Source: Burkholderiales bacterium
Lineage (GTDB): Bacteria > Pseudomonadota > Gammaproteobacteria > Burkholderiales > SHXO01
NCBI GenBank assembly: GCA_035501675.1
Contig: DATJVW010000173.1
Coordinates: forward strand, 1 to 43,399
Direction of reading: 5' to 3'
Length of the DNA: 43,399 bases
Below, piece after piece: positions 28,335 to 37,747 of the stretch. Position 1 is the stretch's first letter; every line of letters starts with the position of its first letter. The notes below the pieces were generated by a model, which saw nothing but the letters and a program-made list of their open reading frames with translations, was not told where the DNA came from and did not search any database. The translations under genes were made by a program, and so were the position numbers.

Positions 28335-29071
28335 GCCGGGCGCTGGTTGTCCTGCGCTCGAGCTTGTTTCTGTTGACCCAGGCGGCGCTCACCGTCGCCT
28401 GGTCCGTCGTCTCGCTGCTGACTTTTCCGTTCCGGCCGTTCACGCGCTATCGCATCATCACCCTGTGGTCGCGGCTGGTGGTCTGGCTGGCGCGAGTGAT
28501 TTGCGGCGTGCGCTACCGAGTGCTGGGCCTGGAGAATCTCCCCCGCCAGCCGAGCATCGTGCTGGCCAAACACCAATCGGCCTGGGAGACGATCGCGTTC
28601 GAGGTTTTCCTCCCGCCGCAGGTGTGGGTGCTGCGCCGGTCCCTGCTGCGCGTGCCGTTCTTCGGCTGGGGGCTGGCCATGATGAGCCCGATCGCGATCG
28701 ATCGTGGCGCGGGGAGGCGGGCGCTCAGGCAAACGCTCGAGCAGGGCCGCGACAGGCTCGCGCAGGGGTTCTGGATTATCATCTTTCCCGAGGGCACGCG
28801 CGTCGCGCCCGGGCAGCGGGGCAAATATCAAGTCGGCGGCGCCTGGCTCGCAGTTCGCACCGGCGCTCCGGTGGTGCCGATCGCCCACAACGCGGGTCAG
28901 CTGTGGCGCAAGAACGCCGTTCTGAAGTTCCCGGGCGTCATCACGGTGAGCATCGGCAGGGCCATCGATCCGAGGGGACTGACGCCGCAAGAGTTGAACA
29001 GGAGAGTGGAAGACTGGATCGAAAGCGAAACGTTGCGCCTGCCCGCCCCGTGCGGCGAGGGGCCGCCCTGA
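28331..29071 (+). CDS. plsC: 1-acyl-sn-glycerol-3-phosphate acyltransferase family protein
   Basis: ATG 28331 overlaps the gmhB stop (ATGA). KHQSAWE (Hx4-acidic) and FPEGTR acyltransferase motifs. gmhB-plsC synteny. Confidence 0.86.
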   Translation: MSRALVVLRSSLFLLTQAALTVAWSVVSLLTFPFRPFTRYRIITLWSRLVVWLARVICGVRYRVLGLENLPRQPSIVLAKHQSAWETIAFEVFLPPQVWVLRRSLLRVPFFGWGLAMMSPIAIDRGAGRRALRQTLEQGRDRLAQGFWIIIFPEGTRVAPGQRGKYQVGGAWLAVRTGAPVVPIAHNAGQLWRKNAVLKFPGVITVSIGRAIDPRGLTPQELNRRVEDWIESETLRLPAPCGEGPP

Positions 29072-29784
29072 GCGTTGAGCACAGATCGGTCCGCCTGGGC
29101 GAGCGCGACGTCGAGTTCCTTCTGAAACGCGGCACAAACCGTCGGCGTGCCGTGCTGACAGTAGACGAGCGCGGACTCACCGTGAATGTGCCTTGGCGCA
29201 CGTCCGAGCGCTACATCGCGCGCTTTCTGCACGACTCTGCCGCCTGGGTGTTGCGCAAGCTCGAGGCTTGGGAATCGCGCCGGCCGAAGCCCCGACTGTG
29301 GCAGGACGGCGAGCTGCTGGACTATCTGGGCCGACAACTGCGACTGGTGCTCGGGGGAGACGAGTACTCGCTGGCCCAGCTGCAGGACGGCAACGTCTTG
29401 GCCCTGTCGCTGCCCGAGCCGCATGAACCCGACAAGGTGCGCGCCGCGCTGGTGAAGTGGTACCGTCGCCACGCCCAGCATTATTTCCGCATCCGCGTTG
29501 AGCACTATAGCGCCAAGCTCGGCGTAGCTGCACCGCGCGTCTTTGTGTCCAATGCCCGCAGCCGCTGGGGAAGCTGCAATGTCAAGCGTGAAGTACGCCT
29601 GAGCTGGCGGCTGATGCAGGCCGGCCCGCATATCGTGGACTACGTGGTGGTGCACGAGCTGTCGCACCTCAAGGAGATGAACCACTCGGTACGCTTCTGG
29701 CGGATCGTCGAGCGGTTGTGTCCCGACTACGCCTCGGCTCGGGCCGAGTTGGATGCAATGGGGCAGCATTTCATGGCGCTCTAG
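29050..29784 (+). CDS. YgjP-like metal-dependent hydrolase (DUF45 / M48-related, HExxH)
   Basis: Frame of ORF 28264..29784. The conserved part begins about 29074. The nearest usable start is GTG 29050, overlapping plsC by 22 nt, so the start is uncertain. Has VVHELSHLKEMNHS and FWRIVERLCPDY. Confidence 0.78.
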   Translation: MRRGAALSVEHRSVRLGERDVEFLLKRGTNRRRAVLTVDERGLTVNVPWRTSERYIARFLHDSAAWVLRKLEAWESRRPKPRLWQDGELLDYLGRQLRLVLGGDEYSLAQLQDGNVLALSLPEPHEPDKVRAALVKWYRRHAQHYFRIRVEHYSAKLGVAAPRVFVSNARSRWGSCNVKREVRLSWRLMQAGPHIVDYVVVHELSHLKEMNHSVRFWRIVERLCPDYASARAELDAMGQHFMAL

Positions 29785-29836
29785 CGCAGGGCCCGCCGCA
29801 AGCGTCGGGCGACGGCGCAGTGCGCCGGGCGCGCCA

Positions 29837-29845
29837 TGCTAAACT
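29837..29845 (+). promoter_or_regulatory. Candidate extended -10 (TGCTAAACT) for lptM-lysA
   Basis: TGcTAAACT lies 35 nt upstream of the lptM ATG. The leader that follows is pyrimidine-rich (GCCTCCTGCCTCCTGCCCTGCCC) with no SD. Confidence 0.25.
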
Positions 29846-29879
29846 GACCCTATCCCGCCTCCTGCCTCCTGCCCTGCCC

Positions 29880-30140
29880 ATGCGTCGGTTGCTCGTCGCG
29901 CTGCTCGCATCCGCTCTGCTTCCGGGCTGCGGCCTGAAGGGTCCGCTGTATCTGCCGACACCGCAGCAGGAGCGGGAGACTGCCGAGCGCAAGAAACGGT
30001 TGGAGGAGCGGGAGCAGCGGGAGAAACAGCAACAGCAGGGTGAGGCGCCGCAACCCGAGCAGCCGCCTCAGCAGCAGTCCCAGCAACCGCAGCAGTCGCA
30101 ACAGACACGGCAACCGCAGCCACAGCAACCGCAGCAGTAG
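29880..30140 (+). CDS. lptM: Small lipoprotein, LptM(YifL)-like, with a long Gln/Pro-rich tail
   Basis: ORF 29718..30140 trimmed to ATG 29880. Signal peptide plus lipobox LLPGC, then GLKGPLYLP (the LptM signature). Located immediately upstream of lysA, as is common. The C-terminal ~55 aa are charged and then Q/P-rich. Confidence 0.7.
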   Translation: MRRLLVALLASALLPGCGLKGPLYLPTPQQERETAERKKRLEEREQREKQQQQGEAPQPEQPPQQQSQQPQQSQQTRQPQPQQPQQ

Positions 30141-30193
30141 ACAGGCATGGCGCAGGGCTCGCTTCGAGCCGCGCCCAGTCTTGGGCCAACACC

Positions 30194-31453
<1,260 letters not shown>

Positions 31454-31542
31454 ATCCCGCCCTCGCGGGAGCTCCGGCAGACGGGGAAGGCGGGAACCTG
31501 CGCCGCTCTCTAGGATGCCGCACGCCCGCCGGAGCTGAGCCT

Positions 31543-31548
31543 TATAAT
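31543..31548 (+). promoter_or_regulatory. Candidate -10 (TATAAT) upstream of the trpB2-like gene
   Basis: Perfect TATAAT lies 100 nt upstream of ATG 31649. No good -35. The leader contains a CCGCCG...CGGCGG stem (31575-80 / 31607-12). Confidence 0.22.
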
Positions 31549-31648
31549 GACCGAGCGCCCGGACATCGCCTGCCCCGCCGCTGCTGCGCGAGACAACGAG
31601 AACGGTCGGCGGTGCGGTGCCGCGTACCATAAGAATGAGGAGACAGCC

Positions 31649-33016
31649 ATGACCGATAGCATCAAGTACGTCCTCGACGAGACCCAGATCCCGAAGTACT
31701 GGTACAACCTCATGGCGGACCTGCCGTCGCCGCCGCCACCCGTGCTGCACCCGGGGACGCTGAAGCCCATCGGTCCCGATGACCTGTCGCCGCTATTCCC
31801 CATGGCGCTCATCATGCAGGAGGTAACGACCGAGCGCGAAGTACAGATACCCGAGCCTGTGCGCCAAGTCTATCGCCAGTGGCGGCCGAGCCCGTTGTAC
31901 CGTGCACGGCGTCTGGAGAAAGCGCTCGATACCCCCGCCCGCATCTATTACAAATACGAGGGCGTGAGTCCGGCCGGCAGCCATAAGCCCAACACTGCGG
32001 TGCCGCAAGCCTTCTTCAACCGCGAGGCCGGAGTCAAGAAGATCAGCACGGAGACGGGGGCGGGCCAGTGGGGATCGGCGCTTGCATTCGCCGGCGCCCT
32101 GTTCGGGATCGAGGTGCTGGTGTTCATGGTTAAAGTCTCGTACAACCAGAAGCCCTACCGGCGCGCACTGATGGAGACCTACGGCGCACGTTGCATCCCG
32201 AGCCCGTCGATGGAAACCGACGTGGGGCGTATGATCCTCGGCGCCACTCCCGACAGCACCGGCAGTCTCGGCATCGCCATCTCCGAGGCCGTCGAGGTGG
32301 CGGCCAAGAACGACGACACCAAGTACGCGTTGGGCTCGGTGCTCAACCACGTGTTGTTGCACCAGACGGTGATCGGGCAGGAGGCCATCAGGCAGCTCGA
32401 GATGGCCAACGACTACCCGGATGTGGTGGTGGGTTGCACCGGCGGTGGTTCCAACTTCTCCGGTGTCGCGTTTCCCTTCATCGGTGCGCAGCTGCGCGGA
32501 GGCAGGAAGGTCAAGGCCGTCGCCGTCGAGCCGGCGGCGTGCCCGAGCCTCACACGCGGCAAGTACGCCTACGACTTCGGCGACACCGGCCACCTGACGC
32601 CGTTGGTGAAGATGCACACGCTGGGCTCCACCTTCATTCCCCCCGGCTTCCACGCCGGCGGCCTGCGCTACCATGGCATGGCGCCGTTGCTGTCGCATGT
32701 CAAGGAGTTGGGATTGATCGAAGCCAGGGCCTATCACCAGACCACCTGCTTCGAGGCCGGCGTGTTCTTCGCTCGCAGCGAAGGCATCGTCCCCGCACCC
32801 GAGGCCAACCATGCGATCAAGGGCGCCATCGACGAGGCGCTCAAGTGCAAGGAAGAAGGCGTATCCCGCGCCATCCTGTTCAACCTGTGCGGCCACGGCC
32901 ACTTCGACATGCAGGCCTATACGGACTACTTCGCCGGCAAGCTCGTCGATCAGAAATACGACGAGAGGGAATTGGCAATGGCGCTGTCGGGCTTGCCCGC
33001 GGTCAAGGCGGCGTGA
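31649..33016 (+). CDS. TrpB-like pyridoxal-phosphate-dependent enzyme (tryptophan synthase beta, type 2)
   Basis: ORF 31547..33016 trimmed to ATG 31649 with GAGGAG at 31637-42. [31 protein letters not shown] and length (455 aa) fit TrpB2. No trpA nearby. Confidence 0.88.
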   Translation: MTDSIKYVLDETQIPKYWYNLMADLPSPPPPVLHPGTLKPIGPDDLSPLFPMALIMQEVTTEREVQIPEPVRQVYRQWRPSPLYRARRLEKALDTPARIYYKYEGVSPAGSHKPNTAVPQAFFNREAGVKKISTETGAGQWGSALAFAGALFGIEVLVFMVKVSYNQKPYRRALMETYGARCIPSPSMETDVGRMILGATPDSTGSLGIAISEAVEVAAKNDDTKYALGSVLNHVLLHQTVIGQEAIRQLEMANDYPDVVVGCTGGGSNFSGVAFPFIGAQLRGGRKVKAVAVEPAACPSLTRGKYAYDFGDTGHLTPLVKMHTLGSTFIPPGFHAGGLRYHGMAPLLSHVKELGLIEARAYHQTTCFEAGVFFARSEGIVPAPEANHAIKGAIDEALKCKEEGVSRAILFNLCGHGHFDMQAYTDYFAGKLVDQKYDERELAMALSGLPAVKAA

Positions 33017-33053
33017 CAGAAGGCGGCACGGGTTCCAAACGGCGCCCTGTCCC

Positions 33054-33077
33054 GCGCTTTCTCGAGGAGAAAAGCGC
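33054..33077. terminator. Hairpin between the convergent trpB2-like and uspA genes
   Basis: GCGCTTTCTC-gag-GAGAAAAGCGC (10 bp with one bulged A). The U/A runs are inside the stem rather than trailing. Confidence 0.3.
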
Positions 33078-33148
33078 ACTGTGGAGCACTGGGCACGGGG
33101 CTACGTCGGCTCGCGCCCGGCGCGTTGGTGGCTGCGCGGCGTGCCGCC

Positions 33149-33616
33149 TCAAGCGATCCCGATGCGGCCCGCAAAATCCGGTTTCAGCCCGCGGCGCACG
33201 ACCGTGACGGGTATATCGCTGAGGTGCACGACCCTGAGGCACACCGACCCCAACAGCACCTCGCTCACCTTTCCGCGTCCGTGCGTCCCCATGACGATGC
33301 TATCGGCGCCCAGCTCGTGCGCCTTAGCGATGATGGTCTCGGCAATTGCACCCACGCCCCGGTGCGCGGTGAAGGGCAAGCCCGCGCCCTTCAGCAGCTT
33401 CTGGGCTGAAGACAGGCCGCGTTCTCCCTGGTCGAAATAGAAGGTGTCGAGCTTGTCCTGCGGGAGGTATATCAGGCTTGCCTCGGTGAAAATGGGTGCC
33501 TGGACGTTAAGCAGGTGGATCTGCATCGGTCCGGACTGCGCGACGATCGCGATCACTTCTTCCACGGCCCGGTCCGAGCTGTCCGACCCGTCGACCGGCA
33601 CAAGTACGGTTCTCAT
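33149..33616 (-). CDS. Universal stress protein (UspA family)
   Basis: ORF 33149..34144 trimmed to ATG 33616 with GGAGG upstream. MRTVLVPVDGSDSS and GADSIVMGTHGRGKVSEVLLGSV (ATP-binding motif). Confidence 0.86.
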   Translation of the reverse strand: MRTVLVPVDGSDSSDRAVEEVIAIVAQSGPMQIHLLNVQAPIFTEASLIYLPQDKLDTFYFDQGERGLSSAQKLLKGAGLPFTAHRGVGAIAETIIAKAHELGADSIVMGTHGRGKVSEVLLGSVCLRVVHLSDIPVTVVRRGLKPDFAGRIGIA

Positions 33617-33710
33617 GGTGCCCTCCGTCAGTTGGACCTGAGCAACGCCCCGCACGGCGCTGTCATTGTACCGCCCACTCGCAGCGAGACTGCGGTCGCT
33701 CGAGGAGGAC

Positions 33711-33751
33711 ATACTAGCGCGCCAGGGCGGCGAACCCTTGACCGTAGTCAA
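33711..33751 (-). promoter_or_regulatory. FNR/CRP-family class II-type promoter for uspA: TTGAC-N4-GTCAA box plus TAGTAT -10
   Basis: Perfect palindrome TTGACcgtaGTCAA at 33738..33751. Reading on the - strand, a 21-nt spacer is followed by TAGTAT (33716..33711). This puts the box centre about 40-41 nt upstream of the predicted TSS. Confidence 0.5.
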
Positions 33752-33844
33752 AGGCCGATGTCGCCGGACTCGAGTCGGACTTATCGCCCTGTGCACCCGG
33801 CTTGGTGCGCGCGTCACGGCGCGTCCGCACGATTGTGATCGGCG

Positions 33845-35257
33845 ATGAAAGCGCCCCGCCGTCTCAAGTTCGTCGGCCTCGGCCTCGCTCTCGTCCTTGC
33901 GACCGCCCTGGGCTACGGCGCATACCTGCTGTCGCGCCTTGCGCCGATCGGCACCGCCTACGCAGCCAAGACGTTGTGCTCGGGCGTGTACGTCGCAGGG
34001 CGACCGGCCCCCGATGTCATCCGTGAAGACATCGTCCGGGGCAACCACCCACTGTTGCGGTTGATCACCCCATCGCTGGATGCACAGCGGCGAATGGCCA
34101 CGGCTGCATTCCTCGGCCTGGCGCGGCGCGATGCCGAGTTCCACGCCGGTTTGGGGTGCACGCTAGCGATCGGCACGCCCGCAGCGGCTGCGTCGGCCGG
34201 ATCCATCGCGGATGCGGCGATGTCGGGAGCGCACCCGGCCTGCTCCGAGGATTTGTCGGCAGGCACGCCCGGCGCGGGTGTGGATGCCTCGAAGCTGCGA
34301 GCTGCCGTCGACTGGGCATTCGCCGAGCCGGACGCCGCCAAGCTGAGGCGCACGCGGGCGGTGGTGGTCCTGCACGACGGTCGCATCGTCGCGGAGCGCT
34401 ACGCACCGGGGTTCTGTGCCGCCACGCCGATGCCGGGCTGGTCCATGACCAAGACCGTGGCCGCTGTGTTGATCGGCACCCTGGTCAGGAGCGGTAAGTT
34501 GTCGGTCGACCAGAAGGGGCTGTTACCCGAGTGGCGCAGCGCCGGCGATCCGCGCGCCGAGATCACGCTCGACGAGCTGTTGCGCATGACCAGCGGTCTG
34601 CACTTCACGGAGCGCTACGGCGACCCGGGAGCGGACGTAATGCTCATGTTGTTCGAGCGTGCCGATGGTGCCGGTTACGCGATCGACAAGCCGCTCGATG
34701 CGGTGCCCGGGACCCGCTGGCAGTACTCCAGCGGCACCAGCAACATCCTGTCCCGCGTGATCCGCCGGGCCGTGGGCGGCGCGGACCAGGACTATCTGGC
34801 CTTTCCCAGGCGTGCGCTGTTCGCACCTGTGAGGATGCGCAGCGCCGTCATCGAGCCGGATGCGTCCGGAACCTTCGTGACGTCCTCATACATGTATGCC
34901 AGCGCGCGCGACTGGGCGCGGCTCGGCCAGCTCCTACTCCAGGATGGCGTATGGGAAGGCAGCCGCATCCTGCCCCCGGGCTGGGTGAAGTACATGGCGA
35001 TGCTCACCCCACAGTCCACCCGCAAGGACTTCGGCGCACATCTGTGGCTCAAGGTTTCGCCGCCTTTCAACAGCCTGATCGTCCCACCTCCGAAGCTGCC
35101 TCCGGACGCCTTTCACGCTATCGGCTACGAGGGTCAATTCGTCAGCGTGATCCCGAGCCGTCGCCTGGTGGTGGTGCGTCTGGGTTTGAGCCGAGGCGAT
35201 CACGTATGGGACCACGAGGCGTTCCTGGCGCGCCTGCTGGACGCGCTCCCTCGCTAG
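33845..35257 (+). CDS. Beta-lactamase-related serine hydrolase, N-terminally membrane-anchored
   Basis: 470 aa. N-terminal hydrophobic anchor and SxxK motif (SMTK in PGWSMTKTV). Class C/esterase-like family. Confidence 0.8.
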   Translation: MKAPRRLKFVGLGLALVLATALGYGAYLLSRLAPIGTAYAAKTLCSGVYVAGRPAPDVIREDIVRGNHPLLRLITPSLDAQRRMATAAFLGLARRDAEFHAGLGCTLAIGTPAAAASAGSIADAAMSGAHPACSEDLSAGTPGAGVDASKLRAAVDWAFAEPDAAKLRRTRAVVVLHDGRIVAERYAPGFCAATPMPGWSMTKTVAAVLIGTLVRSGKLSVDQKGLLPEWRSAGDPRAEITLDELLRMTSGLHFTERYGDPGADVMLMLFERADGAGYAIDKPLDAVPGTRWQYSSGTSNILSRVIRRAVGGADQDYLAFPRRALFAPVRMRSAVIEPDASGTFVTSSYMYASARDWARLGQLLLQDGVWEGSRILPPGWVKYMAMLTPQSTRKDFGAHLWLKVSPPFNSLIVPPPKLPPDAFHAIGYEGQFVSVIPSRRLVVVRLGLSRGDHVWDHEAFLARLLDALPR

Positions 35258-35415
35258 CCCGGATATTTCGTGAGGGACTCGGGATGATGCCGCCAGCGCC
35301 GGAGTAGCCCGCTGGTACAAAGCGTACCCGGCTCGGATCGGCTGCATCGCTTACGCATCAGCGTATGCGTCATGTCCGGGGGCGTCTTCATGAAATATCC
35401 GGGCTAGGTCGGTCG

Positions 35416-36963
35416 CTACGCCCTGCGCGCCGTTTGGGCCGTGAACAGCCGGCGCACCGTATCCAGCGTGTCGGCATCCTGCGGACGCTTGTCGGTGCGG
35501 TAGCGCTTCACGCGCGCGAAGCGCAGCGCGAGCCCGCCGGGGTATTGTGAGCTCGCTTGGATTTCGTTCACTGCAATCTCCACCACCAGCTCTGCACGCA
35601 CGTATACCGTGTACGCGTCGTGCCTCGCCTCGAGTCCCAGCAGCTTTTTCGTCTGCCACTCCAGCATCTCGTCGGTGAGACCCTTGAAGGTCTTGCCGAG
35701 CATGACGAAGCCACCCGACGCCGGGTCGCGCGCGCCCAAGTGCAGGTTGGAGAGCCAGCCGCGCCGGCGCCCGTGTCCCCACTCCGCAGCGAGCACGACC
35801 AGGTCCAGCGTGTGAGCCTGCTTGACCTTGAGCCACGCGCTGCCGCGGCTGCCGGCCTCGTAACCCGCTTCCAACGACTTGGCCATGACGCCCTCGTGCC
35901 CGCTCGCGAGCGCCGCATCGAAGAACTGTTGCGCGCTCGCCCGATCGGCGGTTACCAGGCGCGGAACCACCAGATCGCTCGGCACCGCGTTTGCCAGGGC
36001 GGCGAATCGGTCGGCTGCACTGCGCCCCGTCAGGTCCTCGCCGTCTCGCAGAAGACAATCGAAGAAGAAAACGCTCAGCGGAAGCTCGTGTCGCGTCCGT
36101 TCCACATCGAGCTTGCGCCCGAAGCGGCGCATGGTGACCTGGAATGGCTGGGGCCGTCCATCCGGCTGCAGCGCGATGGCTTCGCCATCTAGGATCAGCC
36201 CCGATGCGCTCAGCGGCTGCACCGCCTGCACGAGCTCCGGGACCGCGGCGCTGACGTCGTTCAGGCCGCGGCTGTAGACGCGCACCTCGTCGCTTGACTT
36301 GTGCACCTGTACGCGGGCGCCGTCGAGCTTCCACTCGAGTGCCGCAGTACCCAGCTGCTGCAGCGCGTCCTCCACGTCCTGCGCCGGCTGAGCGAGCATC
36401 GGCAGCACGGGACAAAACAGCCGGAGCGAGAAGCGGCGCAGCCCGGCGCTGCCCTCAGTGAGCGCGGCTCGCGCAACCGGCAGCAGACCGCCGGCCACCA
36501 TCGCCGCCCGCCGCAGCTCGGATAATGGCAGTTGCGCGGCCGATGCGGTGGCCTCGAGCATCAGGCCGTGGAGTGCCCCCTGACGCAGTTCTCCGAGCAG
36601 CAGGCGCACCAGCAGTTCCTGCTCGGGAGCTGTAGCGCGCATCAAGAGGCCGTCGAGCAGGCGTCGGCGCGCAGCGATGGAGCCGGTGCCGCCCGTGCGG
36701 GCGATCTGCTCCAGCGCGCGATCCACGTCGTCCAGGCTCAGCGTGGGGGACGGTGCGGCGAGCCCCGGGCGTGCCGCCATGATGACGCTCGGCCCCACGC
36801 CCAGCTTGCTTTGACGAGTCTCGCCTGACAGATACGCGACAGCGACCTGGATTTCTCGCGGGGCAAGGCGCCGCAGGCACTGCGATAGCGCGTCGATCTT
36901 CTCGCGGCGACTGCTCGTCCCGGCCACCCGGCGCGACGTTTCGACGAGCTCAGCGAGCAGCAT
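35416..36963 (-). CDS. ATP-dependent DNA ligase (three-domain Lig1/LigB-like)
   Basis: 515 aa. N-terminal DNA-binding-domain-like region, adenylation motif I EWKLDGARVQ (KxDG) and a C-terminal OB domain. No SD before the ATG. Confidence 0.88.
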   Translation of the reverse strand: MLLAELVETSRRVAGTSSRREKIDALSQCLRRLAPREIQVAVAYLSGETRQSKLGVGPSVIMAARPGLAAPSPTLSLDDVDRALEQIARTGGTGSIAARRRLLDGLLMRATAPEQELLVRLLLGELRQGALHGLMLEATASAAQLPLSELRRAAMVAGGLLPVARAALTEGSAGLRRFSLRLFCPVLPMLAQPAQDVEDALQQLGTAALEWKLDGARVQVHKSSDEVRVYSRGLNDVSAAVPELVQAVQPLSASGLILDGEAIALQPDGRPQPFQVTMRRFGRKLDVERTRHELPLSVFFFDCLLRDGEDLTGRSAADRFAALANAVPSDLVVPRLVTADRASAQQFFDAALASGHEGVMAKSLEAGYEAGSRGSAWLKVKQAHTLDLVVLAAEWGHGRRRGWLSNLHLGARDPASGGFVMLGKTFKGLTDEMLEWQTKKLLGLEARHDAYTVYVRAELVVEIAVNEIQASSQYPGGLALRFARVKRYRTDKRPQDADTLDTVRRLFTAQTARRA

Positions 36964-37294
36964 GGGAAGTGGATGCGGGCACTGCGGCCTCCCAGGGGTG
37001 CTCGAATACAGGAGCGCCGTGCGCGGGTCAGGGGCAAGCCGCAGACCCGGACGCGTACCTATCCCAAAACAGAGGCTGCATGAACCAGTTTGCCTTCATC
37101 TACAAGACGGGTTCCAGGCGCACCCGGTCGGGGGTCGATTCCGGTTACCGCTGTAACGCACGCGCGCCGGTCAAGCGGGAACTCCCCGGTTTGCGGTCGG
37201 GTCCCTTTGTCAACTGCTTCCTGCGCTTGCGCCATCAGCGCGGTGCACCTAGACTCGTGCCTAGCGCAATCCAACTTTACGAGACCCCGTCGAA

Positions 37295-37729
37295 GTGGTC
37301 GTTTACAATCTTTCCTGCGACAACGCGCACGAGTTCGAAGGCTGGTTCGCCTCGCCCGAAGCGTTCCAGCATCAGCACAAGGGCGGACACGTGTTCTGCC
37401 CCATATGCGGCTCATCGGCTGTTGCGAGGCTGCCCAGCGCCCCCTATGTGAATGTGCCGCGCAGTGAGGCGGCGAAAGAGACGGCGGTCACCGGCGGCCC
37501 CGATTTCATGGCCCGGCTGCGCGCCAAAGTGGTCGAGTACGCGCTGAAGCATGCCGAAGACGTCGGCGAGCGCTTCCCCGAGGAAGCGCGACTCATCCAC
37601 CATGGTGAAGCGCCCGAGCGGGCCATCCGCGGCCAGGCCTCGAGGCAGGAGGTGGAGGAATTGCGACAGGAGGGCATCGAAGTCGTCGCGCTGCCGATAG
37701 CGCCGGTTCCGCCGGAGCAGTTGCATTGA
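37295..37729 (+). CDS. DUF1178 family protein
   Basis: GTG start. MVVYNLSCDNAHEFEGWFAS...CPICGS matches the DUF1178 N-terminal zinc-ribbon-like signature. Confidence 0.78.
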   Translation: MVVYNLSCDNAHEFEGWFASPEAFQHQHKGGHVFCPICGSSAVARLPSAPYVNVPRSEAAKETAVTGGPDFMARLRAKVVEYALKHAEDVGERFPEEARLIHHGEAPERAIRGQASRQEVEELRQEGIEVVALPIAPVPPEQLH

Positions 37730-37747
37730 TCGCATGGAAGCACGCTA

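Noticed and set aside
30040-30140. CAG/CAA-rich repetitive DNA considered as a microsatellite, CRISPR-like or non-coding repeat
   Set aside because: It is in frame within the lptM-like ORF and encodes a Gln/Pro-rich tail. The repeats are imperfect, with only one exact 16-nt pair and no spacer/repeat architecture.
33617-34144. N-terminal extension of the uspA ORF to 331 aa, and similar over-long track ORFs: 102 for liuA, 4989 for LOG, 7343 for liuC, 11135 for DUF2889, 27309 for gmhB, 28264 for ygjP, 38766 for EamA, 41619..42911 for msrQ
   Set aside because: In each case the family-typical N-terminus begins at an internal ATG or GTG, often with an SD. The upstream extension overlaps the neighbouring gene or is Arg/Pro-rich filler.
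37100-37170. tRNA-like fragment (GGGGTCGATTCC resembles a T-arm/T-loop), a possible tRNA remnant or att site
   Set aside because: I could not form a 5-bp T stem around a 7-nt loop in any register. No acceptor, anticodon or D arms are present, and there is no CCA context. It is probably a chance match.
36964-37294. SOS (LexA) box or other palindromic operator upstream of the ATP-dependent ligase
   Set aside because: The only near match is CTG-N7-CAG (CTGCATGAACCAG), which does not fit CTGT-N8-ACAG. No other convincing palindrome was seen.
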